A stretch of 64,000 nucleotides of DNA from Octopus bimaculoides (GCF_001194135.2 NC_068984.1:8139861-8203860), one strand, 5' to 3'. Positions 13,080 through 27,508 are shown, counted from the first letter of the stretch. Program-made: numbers and translations. The notes: generated by a model not told the origin, from the sequence alone.

Positions 13080-13172
13080 AGCGACTCCAGCGGTATTTGA
13101 ACTCAGAGCGTAAAGACCCACAACGAATGGTGTTTAGCAAATTGGCTGACATGCTGATGATTCTAGCAGCCT
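13080..13172 (-). mobile_element. SINE family B head, degraded
   Basis: ggtatttgaactcagagcgtaaagac matches the family B reverse B-box region. Confidence 0.6.
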
Positions 13173-14099
13173 TTCCCACAAACAGCTATTACAACACAAA
13201 TATCTTTCAATGAAAACCTAGAATCATTGTTATCTTTGTAAGTGTTTTCTGGACAAAATGTCTGTCATGTATATTACCATATTTTATGACCACCTTACAA
13301 GAACATAAATTCACAATTTTCAACATATACCACGTATAGGTACTCTACTACATCTCTCCACGAAAGAAATCAACATTCTCATCTGTTTTCTTTTCTGTTG
13401 ATCATCCATATATTTTACACACATCACTTGATGTAGCTCTTACTTTTTTCTTCCCCATACATTCTGAGATTATGTATTGTTGCTCTTGACAGCCTATTGT
13501 ATTTTCTGTCAGTGGTAATATCCAATTTCTTGAATTAAGTGGAGATTCTCCTTTTCAAATCGAATATATCGAAGTTCTGTGTGTCTAATGACATTCACCG
13601 GCTTTCAGAAAATATCCTATCAATTCCACAAATGACCTATCACGACAGTAAATCCACAGATATGATAATCTTCGTATTTTTGTTTCTCACGAAGCTAAAA
13701 TCCCTTTTACGAGTGGATAGATTAAATGAATGCGATTATTTTTAAATATTTGTATTCACTGGTCGCCTGAAAAAAAACATCAGGTGATCTATATTCTGAT
13801 CATGTGACTATGGATACCAAATAAAATCCACAAATTTCATATCAGGAAAGAAGTGACGGAATATATTTTTGCATATATGTATCTATGTGTGAGTGTGTGA
13901 GTGTGTGAGTGTGTGTATATATATATATGTGTGTGTACGTGTGTGTTTGTGTATGTGTGCGTGTGTGTGTATGTGTGTGTGCTTATGTGTGCGTGCGTGC
14001 GTGCGTGCGTGTGTGTGTGCATGCATGTGTGTGCCTGTGTTGTGGGGGTCGTGTGTTAGAAGTTTTTCTTTTCCAATAGTCTAATCTGTTGCGTGTATA

Positions 14100-14100
<1 letters not shown>

Positions 14101-14171
<71 letters not shown>

Positions 14172-14172
14172 T
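14101..14172 (+). repeat. (AAT)n microsatellite
   Basis: Direct reading. Confidence 0.97.
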
Positions 14173-14677
14173 TAATGATAATAAATATGGTTGTGGAACA
14201 GACAATTGGTTAGCTTCAAGCATAGACAAACGCAGATAAAATAAAAATAGAGAATAATCAATCAATAAAATATATCAATCAATGTATCCAATATATTTTG
14301 TCTCATACCGAATTAGAGAGAAATTCCTATTAATCTAATCATCATTATACATTACTGTAAGTAAACTTGCTAATTATACGATAAGTCAGTAGGTGAAGGG
14401 AATGGAATAAGTACTAGACATGTTTCAAACGACTCACCGAACGCATTTTATGTAACATTGAGATATGACAGCGGTCTTTTAAGCTCCAACTAGAAGAATG
14501 CTCGAAGCAAACCGATACTGAACATGTAGCACCTTAATGTTACACAATGCGTGCGTTCGGTGAGTCATTTTGTAACATGTATGTGTGTATGTATGTATGT
14601 GTGTATGTATGTATGTATGTATGTATGTATGTATGCATGTATGAATAAAGTTCATAGGGCACACCACCCAAGCCTGG

Positions 14678-15802
14678 TTACTTGTCTCCCGCGCATCCTG
14701 CCATCGCATCCCGTATGTCCGCGGTTGTGATGGGTCCTTCACAACACTCCGCGTCTCTTACTGAGAGTCGTAGCAGGCCATGCCAGTAGGCACTAAAGTC
14801 CACTCTGCGTTCTGACCCACCAGTTGTCCCGAACAGTAGGGCAAAATGTTGAAAGGCCTCACACATCCTTTCAGGCTCGAGTAATTCGCGCCCCTGTTCA
14901 TCTGTCAGGGCCTTACTGTACCTAACTGATTTTGCTTTAATTGCTTTCTTTAGGGCATACCGCCATCTGTTTTTGAGGATGGCACCCGTTAGTGCTCTCT
15001 TAACTAATGTGCTAATCCGGTCCCTGTAAGCCTGGCGTGCCGTGAACGAGGCGTTCAACTTCCAGTAACAGGGATTCTGCTTATGTGCCTTGTTTAAGTT
15101 AAGTGTACAAGTCACACATTTGTAGTCTGTGTAGCTGACTATATGGAATTGTGGACAACCTACACTATGCTTATCCACTGTCCTACCGAATACTCTATCT
15201 AAATACGATCTGGACGACCCGATGCGGTTGCTCCATGTCCACATTGGCACATTCGGGTTGTCCATTCGGAACCTGTCAGACAATTGGAAACGTTTGAGCA
15301 GGTCTTTGAGGCATTTGCTTCCCCTTCTATTACCATCTCTGCACACGTAGTCTAGACGCTTGTCCAGGGTAGCGTTCCAATCCCCCACTAACATTAAAGG
15401 TCGAGACGTTCCCAGGGAAACCTCTAGACGTCGAAAGAAATCTGGCCGGCCTGTTAAGGACGGCGCACAGACTGTTATCAGGCAAAAAGCACACCCATTG
15501 CTGCCATCGACATCCAAGACGACCAGCCTACCTTCAGGGTCTAGGAAAATTGCTCTTACTTTGAGGTCCAGACTCTTCCGAAGAAGTACCGCGGTGCCTC
15601 CTCCACCCATTCTCGGCAGACACGGAGAAAAACAAATGTCGAAATGTCCGCCGAACATGTGCTGGAGTGCCCGCGAGCTGTGGAGTCTGGTCTCGCTGAA
15701 GGATATGATATTCAGATTTTGAGACTTGATGTCGTTTAACATGTAGCCTTGTTTCCAAGGCGCCCCCAAGCCACGTACATTTATACTGCCTATTTTGAGC
15801 AT
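14678..15802 (-). pseudogene. L1/Tx1 ORF2 apurinic endonuclease domain (374 codons open, truncated)
   Basis: MLKIGSINVRGL...SETRL...GGGGTAVLL...LMLVGDWNA...WTW...SRSYLDRVF...TDYK...YWKLNAS are the canonical APE motifs of L1-clade ORF2. Confidence 0.92.
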
Positions 15803-15843
15803 ATTCCTATCGAAAGTTGTGTTTTACACACGAAAGGAAGACG

Positions 15844-15910
<67 letters not shown>

Positions 15911-16783
15911 CTTATTGTCCGAAATTTCTTTGTTCTTCACCTCACATTCTTCTCCCAGAAGGTTTCTGTATAGTTTTTAGACAGCTATTTTTGAAATCTC
16001 CCAACTGCATCAGGGTAGAGAGATTTCAGGGTGCTGCGTGTGTTCTGTGTTATGTGTACGTTTTTAATGTGTTGTGGTGGTGTTTTGCGAAGATGATTCT
16101 TTGTTTTGGTATCATTTTCTGTCATGCTGGTGTTTAACCTAATGTATTCCATTAGGTCTGGATTGTTGGTGTTTATGGCTGTCAACATTGTTGAGGGGTT
16201 TTGTGTTAGTGTGTTTGTGTTGATGCTTTTGTTTTCTGCAGGTATTTTGGTTTCGGGAGTGGTAAACCTCCCTGCTTTGTTTGTCTACTTTTCTATTCTT
16301 TTTCCCCCCCTTTCCTCCTTCCCCCTGCGACCACTTGACAATCCTCTCTGTCGTCTTCTTCCGACGACATGTCGGAAGAATCAGAAGGTGGGAGGGGAAG
16401 GGTATTGGGGTTTATTTCTGAGTGTGTTGACTTTGTTGTTGGTGTTGGTGCCGGTTGGTGTCAGTTAGGGTATGGTGTATGGGTTTTGTGGTGTGAGGTG
16501 TCTTTTTGGTCTTCCCTTCCTCCTTTGAAGTTGTTGTTGTTGTTAGTGATGGTGGTGGTGATGGTGTTTCTGTTCTTGGTGGCACTGGTGTTGTTGTTTG
16601 GTTGGGCTCACTTATTGGTTGTTGATGTTCCTTCATTCTCTTGTAGAGCTGTTTAATTAGTTGTGCATATGGTGGTGTGAGTAGCTGTGCTGGTTTTTTG
16701 CTCGGTTTTTGGTTTTTTTGTGGTTGTTGTTGTTGTTTTTTGTGATCTTGATGTTGTCGTTGTTGTTGCTGTTGTTGTTGCTG

Positions 16784-17693
16784 TTATATTTTCTGTGCTA
16801 GAGGGCAATTGATTCGTAAGTGTGCCTTGTTACCACAAACGTAGCAACGTGGCTTTCTGCCTTCGACGGCCACATGTTCATTCGAATCCTCTCTCAAATG
16901 GATTCGATGTAGAATTTTTTCGAAAATCATCGGATCAATTTGAACAAGAATTTCGATTTCTTGGCTAATCCAGTTTTGCTGGTCCAGGACAGCGATTTCC
17001 AAGATACGGATTTCGTCCTCGATGTCATAGCAAATGGCAGACACGAGCCATTTTATTTCTATTTTAGGAGGCACTTTCTTTATTTTTAGTTTTGTGACCC
17101 TACGACTAAGGTATGTAGGGATCGTCAGTAAATTTTCAAATTGGAAGGATTTTGTGGAGAGGTCCTTGGCTCTTCACTGTCGAATCCAACTTCGATCGTG
17201 GCAAATCTGTTTCCCCTCGTGATGTAGTCTTTAAAGTCCCATATGGTCCTTAAAGATTTTTTCTACATTTTCTTGAGTGGCCTTTTCGTGTAGATTTGTT
17301 TCTAGGTTGAGTGTCCTGTAAATAGTTGTTGGTTTTTTTTGCCATTTTTTCCGTGATGTTTTGTGGTGTCTGTAGTTGTATGCTGAGGTCGTCTTTTTCA
17401 AACATCGCTGTACAAGCAAACAGTTCTTCGTTGGAGAATTTTTTTCGTTAGCTTTAAAGCTGCGGCAAAATTGTTTTCAGCATTCGTGTTGGTTGTGGTG
17501 GTGATGGTGGTAGCAGTGGTGAAGGTTGTGTTATAGTAGTAAATGTGTTCGCTCCCTTGTACGTATTTTCTAAAGCCTGTGTGCGTTCATGCGGAACGGC
17601 TTTGGTGTCAGCATCCCTCGCCTCTGACTTTGCTAAAGGCGAGAAGTTGGCTTCATGGTTTGGCTTAGCCATTTTTGATGTGAAATATGGCAA
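16784..17693 (-). pseudogene. L1/Tx1 ORF1 (gag-like) relic with zinc knuckle
   Basis: ...VEGRKPRCYVCGNKAHLRINCP (CX2CX4HX4C); broken by frameshifts and stops upstream. Confidence 0.8.
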
Positions 17694-17916
17694 GGAACCC
17701 GAAGAAAATATTTTAAAGTTTTAGAAATGGTCTCCAAATGGAGTCATTTCCTATTTAAAGATTTATTGGGGTTGAAGTAGATGGTCTTAGACAACACTTT
17801 CACAAAAAGATATTTGACAGATAAAATGTTTTTCCATACAAAAAAGCCAACTTACTTGAAGCCGATTTTTCTACCGTCCATTCACAGCGAGAGATAGATA
17901 CATACATAGATGGATT

Positions 17917-17924
<8 letters not shown>

Positions 17925-17961
<37 letters not shown>

Positions 17962-18360
17962 ATAAATACATACATACATACATACATACATACATACATA
18001 CATACATACATAGATAAGTTTCTTTGTGCGTGTGTGTTCTAGGCGGACAGACAGATAGATAGATAGAAAGAGAGGTAGACAAGATTGGTGGACAGATAAA
18101 TATAAACAGACACACACTGTCCCTCTCTCACTTTGTCTCCCTTTCTTTTCTCTCTCTCTCTCTCCCTCTCTCTCTCCTCACTCTTACTTATACACAAGCA
18201 CACTCGTACGTACAAATAATTATACTCATGCTCAAGATATACACGCATATATGTTTGCATGTATACATACATGCATACATAAAAATATCAACCTACCTAC
18301 CTACCTACCTACCTACCTACCTACCTACCTACCTACCTACCTACCTACCTACCGACCTCC
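17925..18360 (+). repeat. Compound (GATA)n / (CATA)n / (CT)n / (CCTA)n microsatellites
   Basis: Direct reading. Confidence 0.95.
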
Positions 18361-19633
18361 TACCTGCTTATCTACATGCATGCATACATTCATACATGCA
18401 TATCGACTGACAGACAAACAGACATATATACATATGTATGTGCGTATGTAAATTTGTATGCATGAGTCTACGACCATTGTGTTTATCAATCATTTGTCTT
18501 TGTGCATGCATTTATTTATCTATCTTCTTATTTTTCTCTATCTATATATATATACACGTTTTTATGCATGTATGTCCATGTGCGTATGTAAGCATGTGTG
18601 TATATGCATGTGGGGGTCGTTGGTGGATTTAACAACCTTCTCCATTTTTTAAATTTTTATTCTGAAATTTTAGAGAAGCATTTTCTTAAAATGTCTAAAA
18701 ATGTAAATCTTTCTAGCCCCGGTCGTTGAGATTCCGATTTGTAAAACAACATAAAACAAGACATCAATCTATTCGTTGAATATGTAAGCTGGATTATAGG
18801 CACATTGCGTTGCTACTGTTTGTTTTTGATGATACATTTATGTTTATATTAACAAGTCAAAAAAAGAAAATCCCTTCCAATTCAGCTGCAGGAATTACTT
18901 TGGAAAATTTAATTTAAACAGAAACAATTTGAGAAAAAATATGTTTGGTCATTCATATCACGTTCATCTCTACCCTAAACAAGGTCTCCCGTCATTACTG
19001 CAATCTTATATTAAGAATAGATTTAGAAGTAAGTTTCTGAAGTAAATGTTTGTTGTATTTTTATCGACGAACAATATACAATATACAATATATCTTAAAC
19101 GCGTATCTAAGAAATATCTAGTATTAAATACAAGCATACCACTATTCTAACTTTAGAATGTGTAGTTTTATAAGCAAGGTTACTCCTTGTTAAAAGAAAG
19201 ATAAATGATATGTAGGGAATTAAAATGAAGAATATAATTGCTAACTGGAGATTGCTTTGTATTAAGCATTTGATATTAGAGAAAACATTTATGGAACATA
19301 CAGCAATACTTAATGACAAAATTCTCCATGGAATTAAATATTTACCATTCTTACGCTAGTTTAATAAGCCGTCTTTACAGGAAATGTATATGAAAGAGAA
19401 AACAGGACTGCAATATGATTTCTAATGTGATAGGGATTCCATTTTTCCGTGGCCGAGGAACCGGCGAGACTTAGTTAACTATAACGCAGTATTTGAATGA
19501 AGAAACTTCGCTCTGCCAAAGTATGCGATAGTGAAGAGATATGCTCAAATAGAATTGAGGATAAAGATTTAAATGCCTGGTACAGAATATTAACACACGA
19601 TGTAGATAACTGGGTGTGTATATGTACACACAC

Positions 19634-19695
<62 letters not shown>

Positions 19696-20164
19696 GTATA
19701 CATATATATATATATATATACATATATAGATACATATATATATATATATATATANNNNNNNNNNNNNNNNNNNNNNNNNNNNNNNNNNNNNNNNNNNNNN
19801 NNNNNNNNNNNNNNNNNNNNNNNNNNNNNNNNNNNNNNNNNNNNNNNNNNNNNNNNNNNNNNNNNNNNNNNNNNNNNNNNNNNNNNNNNNNNNNNNNNNN
19901 NATATATATGCATGTATATATATATATGTATCTATATACATATATATATATTGGTTATAACCAAGTAATTTAAGTTCCTTTTATGTAAGAGAAATTCACA
20001 ATTTTAATAATCTTGTATATTTGTATATATGTAAATATTGATTAATTTTGATTAAATACTAAATTTCAATAATTGTAGAGAATACGGAAAAAATGTCTTT
20101 GTGATATTCATGCCTTCCCCGGTCTGTTCATTGGCCCAGATAAAGTAATATCTACATGAACAGA

Positions 20165-20375
20165 AATACGGTTAACTGACAGAATCGTTAGCACGTGGGT
20201 CAACACTCTTGGCGGCGTTTCATCCGAATCTGTAAGTCCTGATTTCAAATGTAACAGAGGTCAACTTTGCCTTTAAAATGAAGTGCCCATCAAATACTTG
20301 GGTCAATGTAATCGACTCGTCTCTGCCCCGAATATTGTTGACCTTCAACTCTGAAACGAGTTGGCGTGCTGTTCA
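20165..20375 (+). mobile_element. SINE family B, degraded
   Basis: cagaatcgttagcac...tttcaaat...gaggtcaactttgcctt...gtaatcgact. Confidence 0.65.
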
Positions 20376-22739
20376 GCGGACTTTTGTAATTTCTGTAACT
20401 TATACGCCATAGAAATCGGGTAACCAGCTTTATGAATGCCATGTCTAAAAGAAAATGCAATAAAAATACAATGAGTGGGGAACCGGAGGGCTAACATTAG
20501 TGATTACTTTTCCATAGACATAGAGAAAAAATATATCAAAAATGGGCAAAAAAGAGGAACTAGCAATCTAGCATTGATACCTTTCAGAACAATCCATTGG
20601 TGTATGCAAAGAGAAATGGTTTGGACGGTGGACTGAAAGTGCTTCCATGTCTCAGCATATTATGAATTACTACGTGTTGTCACTAGGGTGAATTATATTC
20701 ACTGCAAATTTAATTTTAAATTACATTTTACTTCTGGCTTTATATTATTGTACATTGGCATTGCATTGAGTGAGAATTAAATGTAAAAACATATACTGTA
20801 ACTCGAGAATAGAGTAGAACTCTTTTCTCGACTGCATGCGTTATTTTAGCCAACGATATTTACATAGCAACATAAGATAGTCGGATAACAAACCAATCGG
20901 ATGGCATTTCACATAATGCCAAAAAAAATATCTTGCCTTCCCCAATAAAACACGAGCAATGTGGAGGCCATTGTTGAAATCAAAAATCCGGTATTTAAAC
21001 AAGGTATTCCTGATGCTATGTAATATATCAAATATATTCAACAATCATATTTTCTTTACGAGTTGAATGAAACACGCAACGTAAGACTGGGATTTGAACA
21101 GCTAAATTTTGTAATCAATAATCGATACTTTTGCTATCATGAAGCAACAACTTACCAAAAGTTTTCTAGAAGATGTATCTACTGAAAAATTACACCAAAT
21201 AATTTTGAGCATAAATGCAGCATTCCGCAAGAAGTATCAGAAGTAAAACACTCAGGAGGACAAAGTTTTTCCAATAAAAACAAATCTATATTTATAAAAA
21301 GCAGATTTGTAACCGATAGACAGTGTTTTGTTCTATTTTTAAAATAGGTTTGAAATCCCAAACTGCCGTGGCAAATGAACAATCTCCCAAAGCAACAGGA
21401 CTGCAGTTGATGTTATGCTAAACAATATCTTCTTAACAAATACGCACACACTCACACACATTCATTCACTCACACACACACGCAGACATACATACATACA
21501 TACATACATACATACATACATACATACATACATACATAGACGCTCACACGCGTACATAATATCATAATATTTCTCATTCAGTTTCTATCTTTTATTTTCC
21601 AGATACATATAGTGTGTTACTTTGTCTGCACCAGAATTCCATCTTCGATCATGATATCTGCGCATGCTCAAACCCCGTTCACCAGCATATTAATATAAGT
21701 TTAACAGAATGGTAGAAATAATCATCAATAATACATTTCCGAAATCACAAACTCATATCGATTTACAATATTTACTTCTAGTTCGTATTTCAGCTTCGAT
21801 TCAATGCAATAATACCAGTAATTCACCCAGTTCGACACAGTCGGTCATATTGTTTCATTGAGAAAGAATAGTAGACGATGGACGACGACCAGCGTTCAAT
21901 AGTTTCCAGTTATCTTTGCGGATGATATTTATGATGTTGTGCCAAGGAACTGTTTAGGCTCTTCTGAATAGTCAGAACAGAAGTGTCGTGATTCCATCGA
22001 TTGTGAAACTCATTTTGGAATCGAATCTTTTGTAATAAAATAAAGCATGGCTATATTTTAACACTGAACTTCACAGCCCACTCATCCCATCACACAATCA
22101 CACACACACACACACACACATACTAGTACACCTACGCAGAGAAGCACATACACACGTATACATCGAAAAAGAGAAAGAGAGNNNNNNNNNNNNNNNNNNN
22201 NNNNNNNNNNNNNNNNNNNNNNNNNNNNNNNNNNNNNNNNNNNNNNNNNNNNNNNNNNNNNNNNNNNNNNNNNNNNNNNNNNNNNNNNNNNNNNNNNNNN
22301 NNNNNNNNNNNNNNNNNNNNNNNNNNNNNNNNNNNNNNNNNNNNNNNNNNNNNNNNNNNNNNNNNNNNNNNNNNNNNNNNNNNNNNNNNNNNNNNNNNNN
22401 NNNNNNNNNNNNNNNNNNNNNNNNNNNNNNNNNNNNNNNNNNNNNNNNNNNNNNNNNNNNNNNNNNNNNNNNNNNNNNNNNNNNNNNNNNNNNNNNNNNN
22501 NNNNNNNNNNNNNNNNNNNNNNNNNNNNNNNNNNNNNNNNATATATATATATATATATATACGCACACGAATATTTAGTCGTGTGTGTATGTGTGTAAAA
22601 GGTACAATTTTATTTCGTATGCAAAAGGATTACGGTTTGATTTTATATTGCTCGGTATAATCAGGCAAACAAGAAATATAGGAATTTAAAACGAAAATCT
22701 ATAATCGTACTTTTGTAATACTTCCAGGCTCAAAGGGGA

Positions 22740-23300
22740 TTTTAGTGTTGCAAGATAAAACAAAGATTAGCAAATCTATATTTGTACCCTATCGCTGAAA
22801 TTCCATCATAAAAAAAAATGTTTCTACTTTTTTTTTTCTTCGATTTCTGCACTATTTACTTCATCTATATTTTCTTCAATAATATAAAGAACGCGAAAAA
22901 TATAGTTTTTAACTCCTTTCAAACCTCATATATTTACCTCTCGTTCAAATCTCATATTTTTGAATCGATAACAATCAATACATTTCTCTCTATAAGAGGA
23001 AGTATTCTAAAATAAACTTCTTTAATGCTGTCTAGTTTCGTTCAGCACTCTCTTATTTAAAGTCGTTCCTTTATTCCTCCAAAGCCTACTCCCGTATTAA
23101 GGTTGCAAAGGAATGTAATCTTTGGGGTTGAGTAAACCCAAACCTTTTGCAAATCGATTCTACATTTGTAACTATTTTAAACTCACGTAATCATTAAAGG
23201 AATCCATTTCCCTCCATTGCATTTTGTTTCTCTCTAATTGCGAGGAGGTTTCAACGTACGACATCCATGTAGAGAGAGCTACGTGAATCCAATCTAGACA
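22740..23300 (-). mobile_element. Possible Penelope-like RT relic (highly decayed)
   Basis: Minus-strand YMDVV and FYDGISAIGYKYRFANL resemble the PLE RT motifs (MDVVSLY; GTAMGT..AP.YANL); many stops. Confidence 0.3.
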
Positions 23301-24054
23301 CGGTTTTATATAAATCATTATGAAAGCTGGGTACAGAAATAAAAGATGATTTTTAAAATTAGGACAGCTTATAGAAGATAACGTTTCTTTCAATATTATG
23401 TGTGTGGTTGTTCAGCAGACATACTAAAAATAATTTGAAGTATTAACTCTTATTCATCATGCCTAAATATATGAATAAGAACGAACATAGCGATCAGAAG
23501 TGAACGTACACGTAATCACCATAGTGATCCTGATCATCGCGATCATCACCATTATTTACAGTCCCTCTACCAACACCACCACCATGAACTTCATCATTAT
23601 CATCGCCATCATCAGCATGATCGTCATCAAGATCACCAACACCAATACAACCACCAACGCCGCCACCACCTTCCTCTCCTCTTCCTCCACCGCCTCCTTT
23701 TAATCTTCCTCATATCATCATTATCATCATCATCATCTTTTTCTTATTCACAATTATATTCCAGATATATTTTAATAACATGAAGAATGGCAATAAAATT
23801 GCATTGAAAGCCAATGTCGGTATCTTTAAATTGTCTTCACAATTCAAAGAATATATTTTGGTTTAAATGGAACGATGGAATTAAAGAATATTATGATTTT
23901 CTATCTATTATGTATCAGCATCTAGGAATAACTAAAATCTTGCAATTTTGGTTCATAAAAAGAAGGATATGTTTTGTTAGATCTTGCACGGATTGTGGAA
24001 CTTGGTGGAATTGTTCGAGCATCAGGTAAAAATGCGTTACGTTGTATTGTCTAA

Positions 24055-24310
24055 TTTTCTGGTCGGAGTTCAAATTCAACTGTTAGCTCTCTGAGTTAGT
24101 CAGTGACAGTCGAAGTACCTTGCATTATTTCGTCTGACTCTTTATGTTCTGACTTCAAATCCAACCGAGGTCTGCAGTATTAAGTAAAATGTGTTTCGTT
24201 AACTTAAGATTCTTTATGGTGTGAGTTCAAATCTCAGTAAGGTTCACTTTCTGTTTCATCCTTCAAAAGTCGTCAAAATAAAGTACGAATCAAGTACTGG
24301 TGCTGATCGT
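24055..24310 (+). mobile_element. SINE family B fragments (repeated heads)
   Basis: Several gagttcaaat B-box-like heads plus ttcatcctt...aagtac...actgg. Confidence 0.55.
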
Positions 24311-25147
24311 AGCAATAAACCCCTTTCCTGAAAAATCATTGTTGTTGTACTTAAATAAAATACAAACAATTATTACGAACATTTAACGAATGGCGTTGGG
24401 CTAGAGGACAACAATCTTTTCAGTATTTAGTTACAACTCCTTACGTTCCTTGTGCTAGATGTTGATTTTACTTCACTTCGGGGTTTAGCAAAACAAAACT
24501 TACCTCTCAAGTGGTTCTGATAAAATAGACACGTCCTATGTGCCACGCATTTAATGTACGCAGTATCTACTTTCGATAAGTTTCGTAAAAGCTCATTGAT
24601 ACCCTCAGTCAAATTGGCCTGAAAATCAAATCACTGTAATCTGTGCAAACTAGAAACTCTCCTATATACACAAACATTCCTGTCTCCTCCTATAGTGTTG
24701 AAAACCTGAGAAATAACATCAGTAATATTTATTTAATTGTTCCTCTTCAAAAGAAATATTTCATAAAGCAGACTCCTACTTTAACAGTGCCCTTCAGAGA
24801 TAAGATATACAACAGTCCTTCAATTAACAGTTTTAAATCTAAAAATATAAAGCTAAACGAAGACCTCGGAAAATAATATGGTCCACTAAACCCCTTTCTC
24901 CGTAAATGTTAAAGCTAACGTAGGCAAGAAATTTCTGGCTCTTTTAGATAAGCATTTCCCAATAAATCATAAATTTAGGAATATTTTTAATAGAGGTTCC
25001 AAAAAGATATCATGCAGATGATGCCCCCAGTATGGAAAATATTATCACTCGTGCGCCTCACCAAGTGCCATTCGCAATTGTAAATGGTGAGACCTTGAAG
25101 CTTACCCACTTGACAAGTCATGTATGATGACCTCTATCGTCTATGTG

Positions 25148-25373
25148 GTAGAAATCACCGTGTGCTGACAATTCGTCGACAGAAAATTCCATGAAAGTAT
25201 TAAAAAAATATTTGGAAACCACATAGAGAAACGAATGGTAGATACGAACCGTCCGCGCTACAAAACCGCGAATTAAAAAAAAATAGGGGCATGGGAATTA
25301 AAAATTTATCTGTAAGTTGTCTGTCGGTCAATTGTCTGTCGGCCAACTGTCTGTCGACGAATTGTCCCTCTAC
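25148..25373. mobile_element. MITE-like element with subterminal repeats
   Basis: gacaattcgtcgacag (25167-25182) is the perfect inverse of ctgtcgacgaattgtc (25351-25366); three tandem tgtctgtcg subrepeats at the right end. Confidence 0.7.
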
Positions 25374-26951
25374 CTAAATCACAGAAACGCTTCAAATATT
25401 AAATCGTTGAAGGCAGTTTTAAAAGACCTTATGCATACTATCAGTCCTCTTCCTACAAAAGTATAGCCTATAAGTTAGTAGGGTGGCGTATGGGGTTTCA
25501 AGACCAACTGCACATCACATACAATCCAGAAGGGAATCGTAGAGAAATCTAGACAATATATAAACGGTTCTAATACATACAAATAATGTGTAACTGGAAT
25601 ATCACACATAATTTTTAAGATTCAAGAATTCAACGGCGCTACTTAATTCCAGATCAAAAATTTCCAGTAAATGCAAGACATATGGACAAAATTCTTTTAC
25701 CAAACTGGAGGACACCCTCGCAGACTTTCGAGCCGTCTCCGTTGAATTATTCTAAAACAACTAGTTTATTTATGATTTCCATGGGGACATAACTTTCTTG
25801 TTTGCCATCATTTTTATTTTTTTCCTTTTTATTCACTCTTTCCTTTTATTTTTCATCAAGTGTGTTTTTTTTTTCTCTCATGGTTTCTCATGTACCAGTG
25901 TTCTGCTTTTCAAATAGAACAAATTATTTCCTCAAAACCTGAAAATTTCTTGGTGATCCAAGGCACGTCAAGGCAAGATACTCTTAGCACCTCTTATTTT
26001 AATACAGCGTACATTAAATTATATATACATATGTGTGTGTGCGTGTGCGAGTGCGTGTGCATGTGTGTGTGTGTGTGCAGATATGTGTTTGTGTAAGAGA
26101 GAGCTTTCGTAACATGTGCTACGTGAGCATATCGCAGATCAGTGGACTAAGAATGTGTTATTTAAATGATATCAACGTGTGACTTTAACACGTAAAAGGG
26201 TTAATGATTAGCTGAACGTTTTACATTTTAATTGGTTTTTAAAAATCTAACTTATATTTTATCTTTTCATTGAAAAGTTTAAACTGCTAGATTGCTGATA
26301 ATTATTGATTTGTGCTTCGACGTTATCAGAGTAGTCGTTTTAAAATCCTATTTAAATTAGCTGGAATAGCTGTCAATCAAAACGTAATTTAAACTTGGAA
26401 GAAATATCAGTCATAGAGAAATAGCAAGATAGATAAAGGATTTAAAGAATTCGTTTAAATATCAAAAAATACCAAAATTTTAAAATATTCACCTGATTTC
26501 ACGTTAAAGGTTTCGATAGTCTTTCATATTGAAAATCCTTGGCTTTATGAAACGCATTCCTGGAATAAATTGATAATTAATTTTCCGGCCTGGTCATTTA
26601 TTACTAAAGTGCAAGAAAAGTATGTTAGGAAATAAATTATATGTCACATACAATACTTTAGTACAGTGACTAAAGAACATTGTTAAAGAAATAATAACCT
26701 ATAATAGAACGAAGGAATCTAACAGGTACTGATCGCTATGATGAGAGAATGTCTTTAATAATCATTTCTAATACATTACACACACACATCAACACATGTA
26801 GCTACGCACGCTGACCAAAATACTTTGTCAATGAAGACTGTCTTTTATTTGATATGTCTGATGCAAACACAAAAACACTCTCACATTCATAAAGGCAGAC
26901 ATCTGTCTCTCTGTCTGTCTCTCCGTCGGTCTCTCTCTCTTCTCTCTCTCC

Positions 26952-27002
<51 letters not shown>

Positions 27003-27284
27003 TGGAGAGAGAGGGAGAGAGAGGAAGGGGAGGGGAGAGAGGGAGAGATGGATTGAGAGAGATATGGAAATTAGGGAGCCATAGAAAACAGAAAGCGATG
27101 GATGGGTATGTATGTGTGAGTGTGTATATATATATATTCTTCTGATATATATACTGATACAGTATGGGCAGAATTTTTAAATCCAACGAACCTTTATGCA
27201 GATATACCGTTTTAAAGCAATGTCACACCAACTACACTGATGTTTATTTATTTATGATTGGTTAATATTATTTGTTATTATATT

Positions 27285-27450
27285 CTCTTTTATTCCTCTT
27301 TTCTGTTACTTGTTTTAATCATTAGACAGCGGCCATGCTGGGGCACCGCACTGAAGAATTTTTGTCGAATGAACCGACTCCAGTACTTTCTTCTTAAGCC
27401 TTGTACTTAACCTATCGGTGTCTTTTTAGCAAAACCTCTAAGTTACTAGA
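27285..27450 (-). mobile_element. SINE family A, 3' part
   Basis: gcggccatgctggggcaccgc...cctatcggtgtcttttt. Confidence 0.8.
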
Positions 27451-27508
27451 ATTTTACTCTTAAAAACCATCGGCTTTAGTAGATGTGATTCAGAACCAAA
27501 GAAAGTAT

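Larger units (their letters stand above)
14625..17700 (-). mobile_element. L1/Tx1-clade non-LTR retrotransposon, 5' part retained and 3' truncated
   Basis: ORF1 relic with a CCHC knuckle, a low-complexity spacer, a (TC)n tract, then an APE-type ORF2 that ends at K*PGLGGVPYELY (start of the RT region) against a (TACA)n tract. Confidence 0.9.

Noticed and set aside
13300-13750. YMDD motif on the minus strand suggesting an LTR-type RT
   Set aside because: Isolated tetrapeptide amid many stops; no other RT motifs recognisable.
14040-18622. 12-bp direct repeat tgtgggggtcgt on either side of the L1/Tx1 element as a possible TSD
   Set aside because: Both copies lie hundreds of bases from the element ends and next to TG-rich tracts.
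19462-19480. ttaactataacg, resembling the LSU rRNA / I-CeuI site
   Set aside because: Only ~11 nt match and no flanking rRNA similarity.
20820-22050. Protein-like minus-strand stretches (67-aa ORFs)
   Set aside because: Non-ATG starts, frequent stops and no family motif recognised; cannot be supported without a database search.
23981-24025. 45-nt segment with ag/gt boundaries (DLARIVELGGIVRAS)
   Set aside because: No recognisable homology or partner exons; such segments are expected by chance.
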